Part shown: piece after piece, positions 52,129 through 63,100 of the stretch
Layout of the letters: each line of letters starts with the position of its first letter
Position numbering within the stretch: position 1 is the first letter of the stretch
From: Synechococcales cyanobacterium
GTDB lineage: Bacteria > Cyanobacteriota > Cyanobacteriia > CAKZMO01
DNA: 64,000 bases
NCBI GenBank assembly: GCA_035285585.1
Contig: JAYKGU010000107.1
Location: 2,864 to 66,863, forward strand
Reading direction: 5' to 3'
Position numbers and translations under genes: made by a program
Notes under the pieces: generated by a model
Told to the model about the DNA's origin: nothing
Seen by the model: the letters and a program-made list of their open reading frames with translations, nothing else
Databases searched by the model: none

Positions 52129-53484
52129 TTAGTGATCAACATTGCTGCACGGAGATAGTTCGGTCCTTGGGCTACTGCTGTGATCGCAGTTGCAAATTTC
52201 CGCCGCAACTGTGCCCTGGAACTCCACCAGCAAATCTTCCAAACTGCGCGTCAGGGTGCGGACAGCCCCCTCTTCTTCCAGATTACTCGCCAGTCGGGCC
52301 AAGTTAATGCCTTCTACGACAATGGTTTCGGATGGATAGTTTTGCAGAACTTCGAGGATAGAGAGTCGGTTGTCATCTAGTGCCGAGAGGATCAGGGCTG
52401 AGCGGAGGGCCTGGATATCTGCACTACCAGAGGGGGTATGGACAACACGGCTGGCTTGAAACAGCAGGTATTCCCCCAGCAGGTTATTTAGGTTCGTGTC
52501 GAGGAAGTCTGTATCTACGGCGAATTCAGACGTGAGGATGCGCCGTACGTCATCCCGATCCAGGTTAGCAACATCAAGATAAAAGCTCCAGCCCGGTGAG
52601 GTGGCCCCAGTGGCGGCAAAATTCGTCAAGCCATTAATTGTAAAGGACGGACGCAGCGGGCCGATATGGACGATGACACGGCGGGCAATGCGGGGTACTG
52701 GGGCGGAGGCGTGGTTAGAACTCTGGCCAATCGTTACGGACACCGGGTGGTCTGGGATGGGAATTGGGATGAATTCCGTTGAATGGGCAGATGAGTAGAC
52801 GTTTTTTGCAGAAACTGGGTCTGCTTCGCCTGCCACTGGCGGTTCGGGGGCGGTGAACGCTGCCTCCAGGCCACAGTCACAGACAAGTTCCGGCAGAAGG
52901 GCTTCCACGAAGCGGAGAACGACGGCAATCCGCTGCACATAGAGGTCAACATCTTCGCGCACCCGACTGAGCTGGGCCAGATCGACCCGAATCAGGTTGT
53001 CGGGATAATACTGCACCAGTTCCAGAATGGTGATGGTGCGATCGCCCCGATAGGCATCAGCCAGAGCCTGCAGCATTGGGCCACGGCTATCCCGCCGCAG
53101 GGGGTCGCCCAGCAGTTTGGAGAACTGGATGGCAATGAATTCAACATCAATGGGGCCTAGCGGTATCCCCGTGTCGGGGATTTCTTCGGCGAAAACTGCC
53201 TGCACTTCGCTAGCGGTCAGGGGAATGGTTTGCAGAAACGGGGCGATCGCCGGGCTGAGATCCCCCGTATTCACAAACGCCTCTAGATCGGCATAGGGCA
53301 CTGTGGTGCGCTGCTCGTGATAGGTCAGCAAGACGGAGTCTGCGGCCTGGGCAGATGTCCCCATCCCAGCAATCCCAAAGCACATCCCGAAGACAGTTCC
53401 CCAGCCCATTGGACTCAGGTAGATCCCCGGTCTGCCTGCCTGGGAGGAACGCCTGGGTGCGGAGCGACCGGAAAAACGAACCAT
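52129..53484 (-). CDS. Secreted protein with two DUF1400-like domains
   Basis: Signal ending AQAA; two repeats (DLEAFVNTG..ITILELVQYYP; LTNFAATG..ALRSALILSALDDNRLSILEVLQNYPS); each followed by a CxC motif. Confidence 0.7.
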   Translation of the reverse strand: MVRFSGRSAPRRSSQAGRPGIYLSPMGWGTVFGMCFGIAGMGTSAQAADSVLLTYHEQRTTVPYADLEAFVNTGDLSPAIAPFLQTIPLTASEVQAVFAEEIPDTGIPLGPIDVEFIAIQFSKLLGDPLRRDSRGPMLQALADAYRGDRTITILELVQYYPDNLIRVDLAQLSRVREDVDLYVQRIAVVLRFVEALLPELVCDCGLEAAFTAPEPPVAGEADPVSAKNVYSSAHSTEFIPIPIPDHPVSVTIGQSSNHASAPVPRIARRVIVHIGPLRPSFTINGLTNFAATGATSPGWSFYLDVANLDRDDVRRILTSEFAVDTDFLDTNLNNLLGEYLLFQASRVVHTPSGSADIQALRSALILSALDDNRLSILEVLQNYPSETIVVEGINLARLASNLEEEGAVRTLTRSLEDLLVEFQGTVAAEICNCDHSSSPRTELSPCSNVDH

Positions 53485-53919
53485 CGAAACAGTCCCCCAT
53501 CCATTAACTGAGCTGAAGCCAGTGAACTAGCGCGTTTCCCATGCTGGTGGAGTGTAAAGGTTGATGGCTCACCGCACCACCAGCCCTCAAATCCGTACCC
53601 TACGCGATGGGGAAATTGCCATAAAGCCACCCTTCAAATATTAGGACTTTCTGGACAAGGTTCTACCGTTTGTCGGGGTCATATGTTGTTTATCTGTTGT
53701 TTATCCGCAGATGGCGCAGATAGCCGCAGATGGCCGGTGCCCCACCCATCCTCCATCCCCCCGCTGGCTAAATCCGCTTGACCCCCGTATCTCCGTCACT
53801 CATGATAACGATGAGACCGACTCGTCTCCCTGAAAATCGCAACTTGTCCAATGACGCAGCGATGTGGGTTGCGGTATTAGTTGTGACCCTGTTGCGACCC
53901 TGCTGCGATCTCCGTTCCT

Positions 53920-54537
53920 ATGCGCCTATCTGATTTCATCTCGCCTGACACCCCCGCCGGAACTGCCCTGTTTCTCAGATGGAAAAACTTCCATGTTTTT
54001 TGCATCTCTAAGCGGGAGCTGGCCAATTCTCCGCAGCGGGTGCGGTTTTCTGGGGTGGGGGGAAAGCGGCGGAACTGCGATGAGCCGTTTGCCGACTGTG
54101 CCCTGCGGGAGGCCCAGGAGGAAATGGGGGCGGTTGTGGCGAGTCTGGAGAGTGCGGAACAGTCTTACTTCCTGGCGGCGGATGGAACGCTGCGGGCGAT
54201 CGCCCTAACTGACGACGGGATTCGGCCCCGGCTGATTTTGGAAAAGCGGCGGCACTCCTCCTATGGTAGTATGGCCTACTCCCAGCGATCTTACTACCTG
54301 GTGGCGTTTGAGGCCCGACTGGTGGCCCAGCCCCAGCCCCAGCGGGAAATTGCTGCCCTGCTCTACCTCACGGATGCCCACCTGGGACAATTTCGCGGTA
54401 CGGGCTATCCCCAGATGGGAGAACTAATGGCAGCGGGGGCATGGGTGGACTGTCAGCCTGACAGTGAGGTGCCCCTGTCTGCCGAGCTGGTGCCCCACGG
54501 CACCGTGCAGTTTTTGCTGATCCAGCTACGCCTGTAG
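53920..54537 (+). CDS. NUDIX hydrolase-like protein
   Basis: GGKRRNCDEPFADCALREAQEEMG Nudix box; co-oriented with guaD. Confidence 0.7.
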   Translation: MRLSDFISPDTPAGTALFLRWKNFHVFCISKRELANSPQRVRFSGVGGKRRNCDEPFADCALREAQEEMGAVVASLESAEQSYFLAADGTLRAIALTDDGIRPRLILEKRRHSSYGSMAYSQRSYYLVAFEARLVAQPQPQREIAALLYLTDAHLGQFRGTGYPQMGELMAAGAWVDCQPDSEVPLSAELVPHGTVQFLLIQLRL

Positions 54538-54538
54538 T

Positions 54539-54576
54539 GTCCCTGTTCGTGATGTCCCTGTTCGTGATGTCCCTGC
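54539..54576. repeat. 15-bp tandem repeat x2.5
   Basis: gtccctgttcgtgat gtccctgttcgtgat gtccctgc. Confidence 0.8.
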
Positions 54577-54592
54577 TATAGTTACCCTTGCC

Positions 54593-55924
54593 ATGCTGAA
54601 AGCGATTCGTGGTGCCTTTGTTGATTTTGTCGATGACCCGTTTTATGCCCCAGAGGTTGACAGTGTCCGCTACCTTCCCGATGGGCTGCTGGTGTTGCGG
54701 GAAGGACACATTCACGCCTTTGGCCTCTATGCAGAGTTGGGCGATCGCTACGCCGACGTACCCACTATTCACCACCCCAACCGGCTGGTGCTGCCTGGAT
54801 TTATCGATACCCACATCCACTATCCGCAGACGGAAATGATTGCTGCCTATGGCCATCAGCTTCTGGAGTGGCTGCATCAGTACACGTTTCCCACGGAGAC
54901 TAAGTTTCGCGATCGCGCCTATGCCCAGCAGGTGGCCAGCCTGTTCCTGGACGAGCTGTTGCGCAATGGAACTACCACAGCCCTGGTGTTTGCGGCGGTT
55001 TACCCCGAGTCGGTGGAGGCGTTTTTTACAGAGGCGGCCCGGCGGCGGCTGCGCATGATTACGGGCAAGGTGATGATGGATCGCCACGCCCCAGAGTTGC
55101 TCTGCGACACGGCAGCGTCTTCCTACGCAGATAGCAAACGGTTAATTGAAACCTGGCATAACCGAGATCGGCTGCGGTATGCGGTGACTCCCCGCTTTGC
55201 CGTCACCTCTACGGAGGAGCAACTGCGGCTGGCGGGCCAGTTGCTGGAGGAGTTTCCCGATGTTTACCTGCACACCCACCTTTCAGAAAACGTGGACGAG
55301 GTGGCCCAGGTGCAGGCGGTGTTTCCCCACTGCCACGGCTATCTGGATGTTTATGACCGGGCAGGACTGGTGGGCGATCGCTCCATTTTTGCCCATGGGG
55401 TGCAGCTCACGGATGCGGAGTTTAAGCGGCTGGCGGCGGCCCGGTCAGCGATCGCCTTTTGCCCCACTTCCAACCTGTTTCTGGGCAGCGGCCTGTTTCG
55501 CATCGAGCAGGCCAAGTCAGCGGCGCACCCCGTCAAGCTGGGGCTGGGCACCGACATCGGGGCCGGGACGAGCTTTTCGTTACTGCAAACCGCCAACGAA
55601 GCCTACAAAGTGGCCCAACTCCGGCGGCGCAACCTGTCGCCTTTCCAGGCCCTGTTTCTGGCGACTTTGGGCGGCGCACGGGCGCTCAACCTGGAGGATA
55701 AAATTGGCAGCTTTGAGGTGGGCAAGGAAGCCGACTTCATTGTGCTCAACCCCCAGGCAACCCCAATACTGGCCTTTCGCAACGGCAAGGAACTACCTCA
55801 GTCGCTGGCAGAGTTGGGCGATCGCGCTTTCTCGCTCATAATCATGGGGGGCGATCGCGTGGTCGAAGCCACCTATATTCTGGGAGAGCCGGTCGGGTTC
55901 CCGCTTAAAGCGGGACAAAATTAA
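54593..55924 (+). CDS. guaD: Guanine deaminase
   Basis: PGFIDTHIHYPQ, LLEWLHQYTFPTE, AVTPRFA, HTHLSEN, CPTSNLFLGSG, GTDIGAG. Confidence 0.95.
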   Translation: MLKAIRGAFVDFVDDPFYAPEVDSVRYLPDGLLVLREGHIHAFGLYAELGDRYADVPTIHHPNRLVLPGFIDTHIHYPQTEMIAAYGHQLLEWLHQYTFPTETKFRDRAYAQQVASLFLDELLRNGTTTALVFAAVYPESVEAFFTEAARRRLRMITGKVMMDRHAPELLCDTAASSYADSKRLIETWHNRDRLRYAVTPRFAVTSTEEQLRLAGQLLEEFPDVYLHTHLSENVDEVAQVQAVFPHCHGYLDVYDRAGLVGDRSIFAHGVQLTDAEFKRLAAARSAIAFCPTSNLFLGSGLFRIEQAKSAAHPVKLGLGTDIGAGTSFSLLQTANEAYKVAQLRRRNLSPFQALFLATLGGARALNLEDKIGSFEVGKEADFIVLNPQATPILAFRNGKELPQSLAELGDRAFSLIIMGGDRVVEATYILGEPVGFPLKAGQN

Positions 55925-56077
55925 CGGGACAGTGGGGCGCACAGCGCCCCACTGTCCCGCCTTAAGTTGATACCCCCGGTCTACCATCAGGAGCCAGAAG
56001 TCAGCTCCCTTCTGAATTCTGACTCCTGGATTCTGGCTCCCTATCCCACCAGGATTTCTCGGCTTAAATGAATACTC
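55895..56077. mobile_element. Family A repeat overlapping the guaD 3' end plus a half copy of the heptamer-containing MITE
   Basis: gggttcccgcttaaagcgggacaaaattaa...cttaagttgatacccc followed by caggagccagaagtc...cggcttaaatgaatactc. Confidence 0.75.
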
Positions 56078-56085
56078 CCATAATC

Positions 56086-57195
56086 CTAAATGGTCACAGG
56101 GGACTCCACATAAACCGTTGGCTCCGGTGACCGAAAGGTAATCCCAAAGGACTCCAGCTTCTTTGAAAGGTTCTCGTTGGCCAGCTCCAGCAGGCGCTTA
56201 CGGAGCTGAATCGAGTTTTCGTTTGACCCTAGAATGAAAAAGGTGATGCGGGCACGGTTGGCCTTGCCGCCATCGTCCGTGATGAACGCAATGTTGGTGC
56301 TGCCGGGGTCGATGCCAAATACTGAGTCGGTGGTTTCGCTAATCACCTGCTGCACCAAAGCCCGCTCCTCGCTGTCCAGCCGCTGATCAAAGTCCAGGTA
56401 GAGCAGCACCATCACTTTCTTGGCGCGGGTAATGTTTTCCAACTCCATGCTGATCAGGTTGGAGTTGGGCACGATGAACAAAGTGTTTTTGGCGGAGGCA
56501 CGGATTTTTGTTGACCGCAGGCCAATGGACTCCACCCGACCAAGCTGCCCATTGGAAAGGCGAATGTAGTCACCGGGAACAAAGGGGCGATCAAGGTAGA
56601 GGACAATGGTACTCAGCAACTGCTCCAGAATCTTTTGGGCAGCAAAGGCGACGGCTAAACCGCCGATTCCCAAACTGGCCAGCAGCCCCACAAAGTCGTT
56701 AAAGAAAGTCAGGGCCGCAATAAAGCCGATGAGCACATTCACAATGGTTTCCACCACCAGCAGCATTTCGTCTACCTGAAAGCCAAACCGCTTCAGCAAA
56801 TCAATGCCATAGATGCGAATAAACTGGCGAAACAGGCGGGAAACTAACCAGGCAATGCTCACAATCACGCCCAGCTTCACCAGCGGTTCAATAAAGCCAT
56901 AAAAGGTCTGATACTCCTCCGTTCGCAGCCAGCTCAGAGACCAGTAGACGAGAATCAGCGTTCCAGCGGTACGAAAGGCTCCCTTGATCGGGGCTACTAA
57001 ATTGTCAAAGACTTCCGAAAATTGGTGGGGAAGAAAGCGCAGGGCGATCGCCCGAAAGAGGCTGGGGGTATAGCGTCCAATCAACCATGCCCCAATAACA
57101 AAGATCATGAAAATTGCGGGACGGGGGATATCCAGGGAATTGATCCGCAGGAAATCCTCAACCGTTTGAGTAATGGTTTGACCAGTGACATTCAT
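56086..57195 (-). CDS. MscS family mechanosensitive channel
   Basis: ASLGIGGLAVAFAAQK, DRPFVPGDYI, GRVESIGLRSTKIR, VPNS. Confidence 0.9.
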   Translation of the reverse strand: MNVTGQTITQTVEDFLRINSLDIPRPAIFMIFVIGAWLIGRYTPSLFRAIALRFLPHQFSEVFDNLVAPIKGAFRTAGTLILVYWSLSWLRTEEYQTFYGFIEPLVKLGVIVSIAWLVSRLFRQFIRIYGIDLLKRFGFQVDEMLLVVETIVNVLIGFIAALTFFNDFVGLLASLGIGGLAVAFAAQKILEQLLSTIVLYLDRPFVPGDYIRLSNGQLGRVESIGLRSTKIRASAKNTLFIVPNSNLISMELENITRAKKVMVLLYLDFDQRLDSEERALVQQVISETTDSVFGIDPGSTNIAFITDDGGKANRARITFFILGSNENSIQLRKRLLELANENLSKKLESFGITFRSPEPTVYVESPVTI

Positions 57196-57240
57196 GGTGA
57201 AAGCAGGGATGAAAGGCTGGAATCCAGGGTGTTCAGATGG

Positions 57241-57378
57241 GGGTATCAACTTAAGGTGGGAAATCCTGGTTGGACAGGAGCCAGAATCCAGGAGTCAGAA
57301 TTCTGGAGAGAGCTGACTTCTGGCTCCTAACTCCTGAATTCTATTCTTGGGAAAGCGTCCCGCCTTACGCTGATACCC
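57241..57378. mobile_element. MITE-like element (copy of 47281-47418) between the two mscS genes
   Basis: gggtatcaacttaagg...ccttacgctgataccc with CAGGAGT/ACTCCTG heptamers. Confidence 0.75.
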
Positions 57379-57379
57379 T

Positions 57380-58591
57380 TCAGATAGTAATGGGAGAATC
57401 GACGTAAATGGTCGGTTCTTCGATATCAAAGGCGATACCGTATTCGGTCAACTGCTGGGTAATTTGCTGGTTGGCAAAGTCGAGCACCTGCCGCCGCAGC
57501 TCCATGGAAACCTCCCCTGACCCCAGGATGAAAAACGTCACCTGCACCTGGGTGCGATCCAGCCCCGGCATTTTGCGAAAGGCCACGTCCGTACTGCGGG
57601 GGTCGATGCCAAAGATGTCGTTGGTACTTTCTAAAATCACCTGGCGAATCAGGGCGCGTTCCTCTTCGGGAATCTGCCGATACAGGTTGAGGTAGATGAT
57701 GGCCATCACCTTTTTCGCCCCTGTAAAGTTCTCGATATTAATCTGCGTGAGGGAGCTGTTGGGCACCACCATCAGAGTACCTTTGCCGGAGGTGCGAATT
57801 TTGGTAGAGCGCAGGCCAATGGACTCCACCCGGCCAAAGGTGCCATCCGGCAGGCCGATGTAGTCATCCACAATAAAGGGGCGATCGAGATAGAGCACGA
57901 TGCCTCCCAAAAGCTGCTCCAGGGTTTTCTGCGCGGCAAAGGCCACCGCCAGACCGCCAATGCCCAGACTGGCGACCAGGCCAAACACGTTGATCTGATG
58001 GGTCTGGGCAAAGATAATGACCGCCAGCACCACGATCACCGCATTGGCGGAAAACTTTGCCAGAATCAAAATTTCGCTGTTGAGCCTGCGCCCTTCTTTG
58101 ACCACCGCATCCAGCAGATAGAGGTCAAAAAACCGCTTGAACAGGTTGGACGCCAGCCAGCTCACGGTAATGGTTAGGGCGAGGCTGACGGGAATTTCCA
58201 GTGCCGGATACCAGGGCGATCGCGGCAGCAAAGACACCACCAGATCCAGCACCAGCAGGGCGATCGCTCCCACCGCTAACCCCCGATAGGGCTGCAAAGA
58301 CTCCTGGAGCAACTGCCAGGTCGTCCTGGTGGGGGGACGAGAGTGGCCGTTGCGGGTGACCAGGGTGCGGATGGTTGGGGTAGTGGAAGGATGGGTGGAC
58401 GGGTGAGGGGATACCTGGGGTTGGGGCGATCGCCCTTCTGCCTGAACCCATTTCAAAATACCGCCGAGGAGGGCAGGGATAAAACGGTTTAGAAGGAGGG
58501 TGGCGATCGCCGTCAGGCCAACGATGATGGTAATTTGCAAGGATGGACTGAGGGTAACTTCGGGGAGGGTTGGGGTTGGGAAAGTGGTCAT
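57380..58591 (-). CDS. MscS family mechanosensitive channel (tandem paralogue)
   Basis: ASLGIGGLAVAFAAQK, DRPFIVDDYI, GRVESIGLRSTKIR, EPTIYVDSPITI. Confidence 0.9.
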   Translation of the reverse strand: MTTFPTPTLPEVTLSPSLQITIIVGLTAIATLLLNRFIPALLGGILKWVQAEGRSPQPQVSPHPSTHPSTTPTIRTLVTRNGHSRPPTRTTWQLLQESLQPYRGLAVGAIALLVLDLVVSLLPRSPWYPALEIPVSLALTITVSWLASNLFKRFFDLYLLDAVVKEGRRLNSEILILAKFSANAVIVVLAVIIFAQTHQINVFGLVASLGIGGLAVAFAAQKTLEQLLGGIVLYLDRPFIVDDYIGLPDGTFGRVESIGLRSTKIRTSGKGTLMVVPNSSLTQINIENFTGAKKVMAIIYLNLYRQIPEEERALIRQVILESTNDIFGIDPRSTDVAFRKMPGLDRTQVQVTFFILGSGEVSMELRRQVLDFANQQITQQLTEYGIAFDIEEPTIYVDSPITI

Positions 58592-59125
58592 GGTCGGCGG
58601 ATCAGCACTGAAACGAACACGAAAGGTGAATCTAACTAACGGTGGATGTCTTTTCTTTCTTATCGTAGATTCACCCTTTCGCGCCTCTATCGCTCTGGGG
58701 AAATATTAGTCGCGCCCTGGCGATCGCCCCCGCCGAAGCAATGCGTCTTCTACGTTTCTACATCAGCATCAGCACACATCCGCCAACCGCTAGGAGAAAC
58801 AGCAGCAAAATACGCTGAACTCCCACCGTACATCGAACAACCAGGGCGATCGCCAAAAACCACTCTAAACCAGACATATTGAACTCTAATCCACTGATAG
58901 TTGATTTGTACTATTCAGAAGATTAGGCCGCCATCGGGACAGGTTTATTTTTTGCCATGAAATCCCCAATCTGAGTCGCTGCCATTGGGGCCATCCCCGG
59001 TCGGGGAGCGGACATCATAAACGGACATCATAGGAAAAGACATTCCATCGGCACGTACTAAAACTGAGGAGGGCGTGTAAACTGTTAAACTGTATTACTA
59101 ATGAGTAAGTTTTGCATAGGCTGAG

Positions 59126-59518
59126 TTGACGAAAGAGCTGTTGAACGAGCAAGCAACACCAAGCGCTGATATGATCATCCAGGGTTTAGCCCTGGGCATA
59201 TTGGTGATTTTGTTTGCTATTCTGGTCTTCCTGGTGGGCGTGTATCAGTTCCGATACGCCGACCCCTACATCCGTGACGTGCTCGCCATCCAGGGCGATC
59301 CGGTTCAAGGCCATGCTATTTTCCAGATGAACTGTGCCAGTTGCCATGGGCTGTATGCCGATGGCCGGGTGGGGCCAAGCCTGCACGACATCTCTAGCCG
59401 TAAGTCGCGGGTAGCCCTCATTCGTCAGGTCACAAGCGGCAAAACGCCCCCCATGCCCCAGTTTCAGCCCAGTCCTAGCGAGATGGCTGACTTGCTGGAA
59501 TATTTGCAAACTTTGTAA
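59126..59518 (+). CDS. cytM: Cytochrome cM
   Basis: TM, DPYIRDVL, FQMNCASCHG, VGPSL, QVTSGKTPPMPQF; start uncertain. Confidence 0.88.
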   Translation: MTKELLNEQATPSADMIIQGLALGILVILFAILVFLVGVYQFRYADPYIRDVLAIQGDPVQGHAIFQMNCASCHGLYADGRVGPSLHDISSRKSRVALIRQVTSGKTPPMPQFQPSPSEMADLLEYLQTL

Positions 59519-60171
59519 GCGCTGGCAAACTCCCACTCAAAGTGGGACAGGATTAGCGACGAATTGAGAGGATGTCTGAGAAGTCTGTCCTTGAGTAGCA
59601 AAGCTCACTGGAGTCCATAAACTGCCCATAAACTGAGCATCGAGCTGTTGGGGTGCCCCCCGACGATGGCTTTGTTTACTTTGGCTACCTGCCCAATTAC
59701 AGAAACTTCAGAATTTCTTTGTAATTAAGCCCACCGCAACGCTGGGCAGGTATTTTCCATGAATTTGTATTTCCCGATTTTTTCCCCATGATTCAGTAAT
59801 ATCGGGATGCACGGAACTGAACACATTTCCTGGCATTTCGACCACAGTAGATTCTCTAAAAGAAATATCGTAGTATATTTTAGAACCTGGGACATCTACG
59901 TAGTGCAAGTGATGTATTGCAGCGATCGCCAATGGTGTCTTCCGTATGTATACCGAAGGAATTGCTGACAAATGGCTGAACTTCACATTGGGAGCGATCG
60001 CCCCCAGGCATTGAGTCAGCCCCAAACGGTCATGGGCTTGCTTGTGGTTGCTCCAGGCACTGTGCCGTCCAGTTTATTTCTTGAAATCGTCTACTTAACA
60101 GGAGCTGAGCGACTGTGCATCCTATCACGAATACTTCAACTCTACCGTCAAGCTATCCTTTCTGTAGTCCC

Positions 60172-63100
60172 ATGAATCAAACAAATTTGCACTCGCCCGC
60201 TGGAGGCCGTGCCCTACATTATTCATACCCGCCCAATGCAACAACTCTTGTTGTTTTTGATACTAAAGTTAACGACTATCTCTCTTTGACTGCCGGGGTT
60301 CGCGCGGATGCCGCTGTTCTCATCCTCCATCCCGACCAGGACGGTGTGCAGCAGATCACCCAGGCTCTCCAGGCATCACCCTCTGTTCAAAGACTTCATA
60401 TTGTCGCCCACGGCGCACCCGGTTCGGTTGAGTTGGGCGATCGCCCCCTCAGCCTCACAACCCTGAAGGATTACCTCTGGGAACTACAGCACTGGTTTAC
60501 AGACCGCTCCACACCAGATCGTTGTTCCATCTCACTCTATGGCTGTCAGGTTGGCGCTGGGGATGCGGGCGCGGAATTTTTGCAAGCCCTGCACCAGATT
60601 ACAGGTGCCAGTATTGCCGCTTCGACGACGCTGGTCGGAAATGCCGCCCTGGGGGGTAATTGGGAACTGGACGCCACGGTAGGGACGCCAGAAAAGGGGT
60701 TGGCGATCGCCCCCGATACCCGCGACGCTTACACTGGAGTGCTCGTGAGCCTCACCTTTGAAAATCCAGTTCTTGAATCTGGCCCTGGTACAGGCCTGCA
60801 GGTAGGGGCTGTCTATCGCTACACCGGGGTCGCTACCGATCCAGATACTGGAGCAGTGCTGGATGCCCTGATAACGATTGAAGCGTTTAATGGTGGCGCA
60901 ACGGTTGCCAATATCGATGCGACCCCCCTGCCTGACTTTACAAGTGCTTTTCAGCCTTCGATTCGAGGCAATGGTCCCGAGTCCAGTGTGGATTTCCTGA
61001 TCGAATTTGTTGTATCAGGCACCAACACCCCCGTCATTGCTCCTGATTTCCCGGCAATTGTGCTGGACTTAGATGGCAGCGGTGGCAGTGCCACCAACAC
61101 CGGACGGGAGTTTGCTGAGCTAAGCTCAGTTGCTGCCGTAACCACCCTCCAGGACAGCCTCGTGACTGTCGAGCCTTCCCTCGCCTTTGGCGCATCGGGA
61201 CGGCGGTTCCTCGGCGCTGAGCAGAACTTCGATTTTGGGAACAATGAAGATGGCATTGATGCCAGATTGGCGGTGGCGATTGGTTACACGGGGGTTTCGT
61301 CTTTTAGACTGCGAGCAGGCGTCCTGGATGCTGAGACGGCTCCTAATAATATGGGCAACCGCCTGTTTGCAATTTCTTTTGACGAGTCGCTGCTGCCTCA
61401 AATTACTCCCCCCGTTATCGTCCCGGTCAATGCTCCTCCTGCTCCGGACGACGATGCCGCCACCACTAGCGTTAATGTGCCGGTCACGATTCCCATCCTG
61501 GTAGGAGACTCCGACCCAGAAGACGGGGCACTCACCGTCACCAACATTACCTTGCTCAATGGCGTTACCGCTACGGTCGGTACCCCTGTGAGTCTGCCAT
61601 CGGGGGCAACGGTTACCCTCAACGCCAACGGCACGGTTACCTATGTCCCCCCCGCTGGCTTTGTCGGCACCGAAGCATTTCCCTATACGGTAACCGACAG
61701 CGGTGGGATCAATCGCTCGGCAACGGTCACCGTTACCGTTCAAGATGGCCCGCCGGTCAATACTCCCCCCGTAGCAACCAACGATACCGCCTCTTATCTC
61801 CCGAATACGCCCGTTACCCTCGACCTGCTGGCAAACGATACGGATAACGAAGACCCCAATAACGTTCCAGCTGGGGGGATCACTGCCATCAATGGCACTC
61901 CCATTGCCGTTGGTCAGTCCGTTACCTTGCCCTCTGGCAGTGTGGTGCTGCTCAACGCCGATGGCACGGTGACCTACACCCCTGCTCCAGGGCAGACGGG
62001 GGTTGAGGAGTTTTCTTACACCATTACTGACAGCGGTGAAGCAACCGATACGGCGATCGCCACCCTTACCCCTGGAGATGATGGTGGCCCCTTCCCCCCC
62101 ACTGCCACCAACGATACCGCCGGTACGTCCCCGGATACCCCCGTCACCCTTAACCTTTTGGGCAACGACACCGACCCCGAAGACGGCATTCCAGGGGGCG
62201 GCATTACCCAGATCAACGGTGTCGATATTGTTCCAGGAACGCCAGCAACGCTGCCTTCTGGTGGCATAGTACTGCTTAATAACGATGGTACCGTCACCTA
62301 TACGCCTCCCGCAGGCTTTCTGGGGGTCGAGACGTTCACTTATACGGTGGCGGATAGCGACGGGTTAACCAGCACCGCTAACGTGAGTGTCACCGTCTCA
62401 GCCACCGACACCGACGGAGATGGTATTCCCGATGCCATTGACATTGACGACGACAACGATGGCATTCCCGACACCGTTGAAGAAATGGGCAGCCCCGACC
62501 TGGATACCGACGGGGACGGCATTCCCGATCGCCTCGATTTGGATAGCGACAACGACGGCATTCTCGATGTTGAGGAAGCCGGTCACGATGTGGGCGACCC
62601 GGATGGTGACGGGCGGCTGGATGGCCCTTATGGCCCCAATGGTCTTGCCGATATTGTAGAAACTGCTCCCGAAAGCGACCTGATCAACTACATTGTGGTC
62701 GACACTGACGGTGATGGCGTGCGCGACTTCCAGGACCTGGATAGCGACAACGACGGCATCACAGATGTGGTAGAAGGGAGTGCCACTGGTCAGAACCCCG
62801 ACCCCGATGGCGATGGCATCATCGGCACAGGCACGCCCGTGGACACCGATGGCGACGGCATCGCCGACGATGTAGATCCCGACAATGGCGGTACCCCCTC
62901 TCCCGTCCCCGATACCGATGGCGACGGCAAGAAAGACTACCGGGATATCGATACCGACAATGACGGCATTTTTGACCTGATAGAGCAGGGCGGCGGCTAC
63001 CCAGACACCAATGGGGATGGCGTCGTAGATGGCGTGGACACCGATGGCGACGGCATTCTAGATCCGGTTGATGAAGCTGAAGGAAGCTTTGGCAGCGCAC

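Noticed and set aside
53770-53919. Purine or guanidine riboswitch upstream of NUDIX-guaD
   Set aside because: Small hairpins are present, but I could not match the conserved aptamer cores; needs an Rfam scan
58646-59125. petG expected next to cytM; 13-bp repeat CGGACATCATA at ~59010
   Set aside because: No PetG-like peptide seen on the part of the minus strand read by eye (~58900-59050); the two-copy repeat has no supportable function
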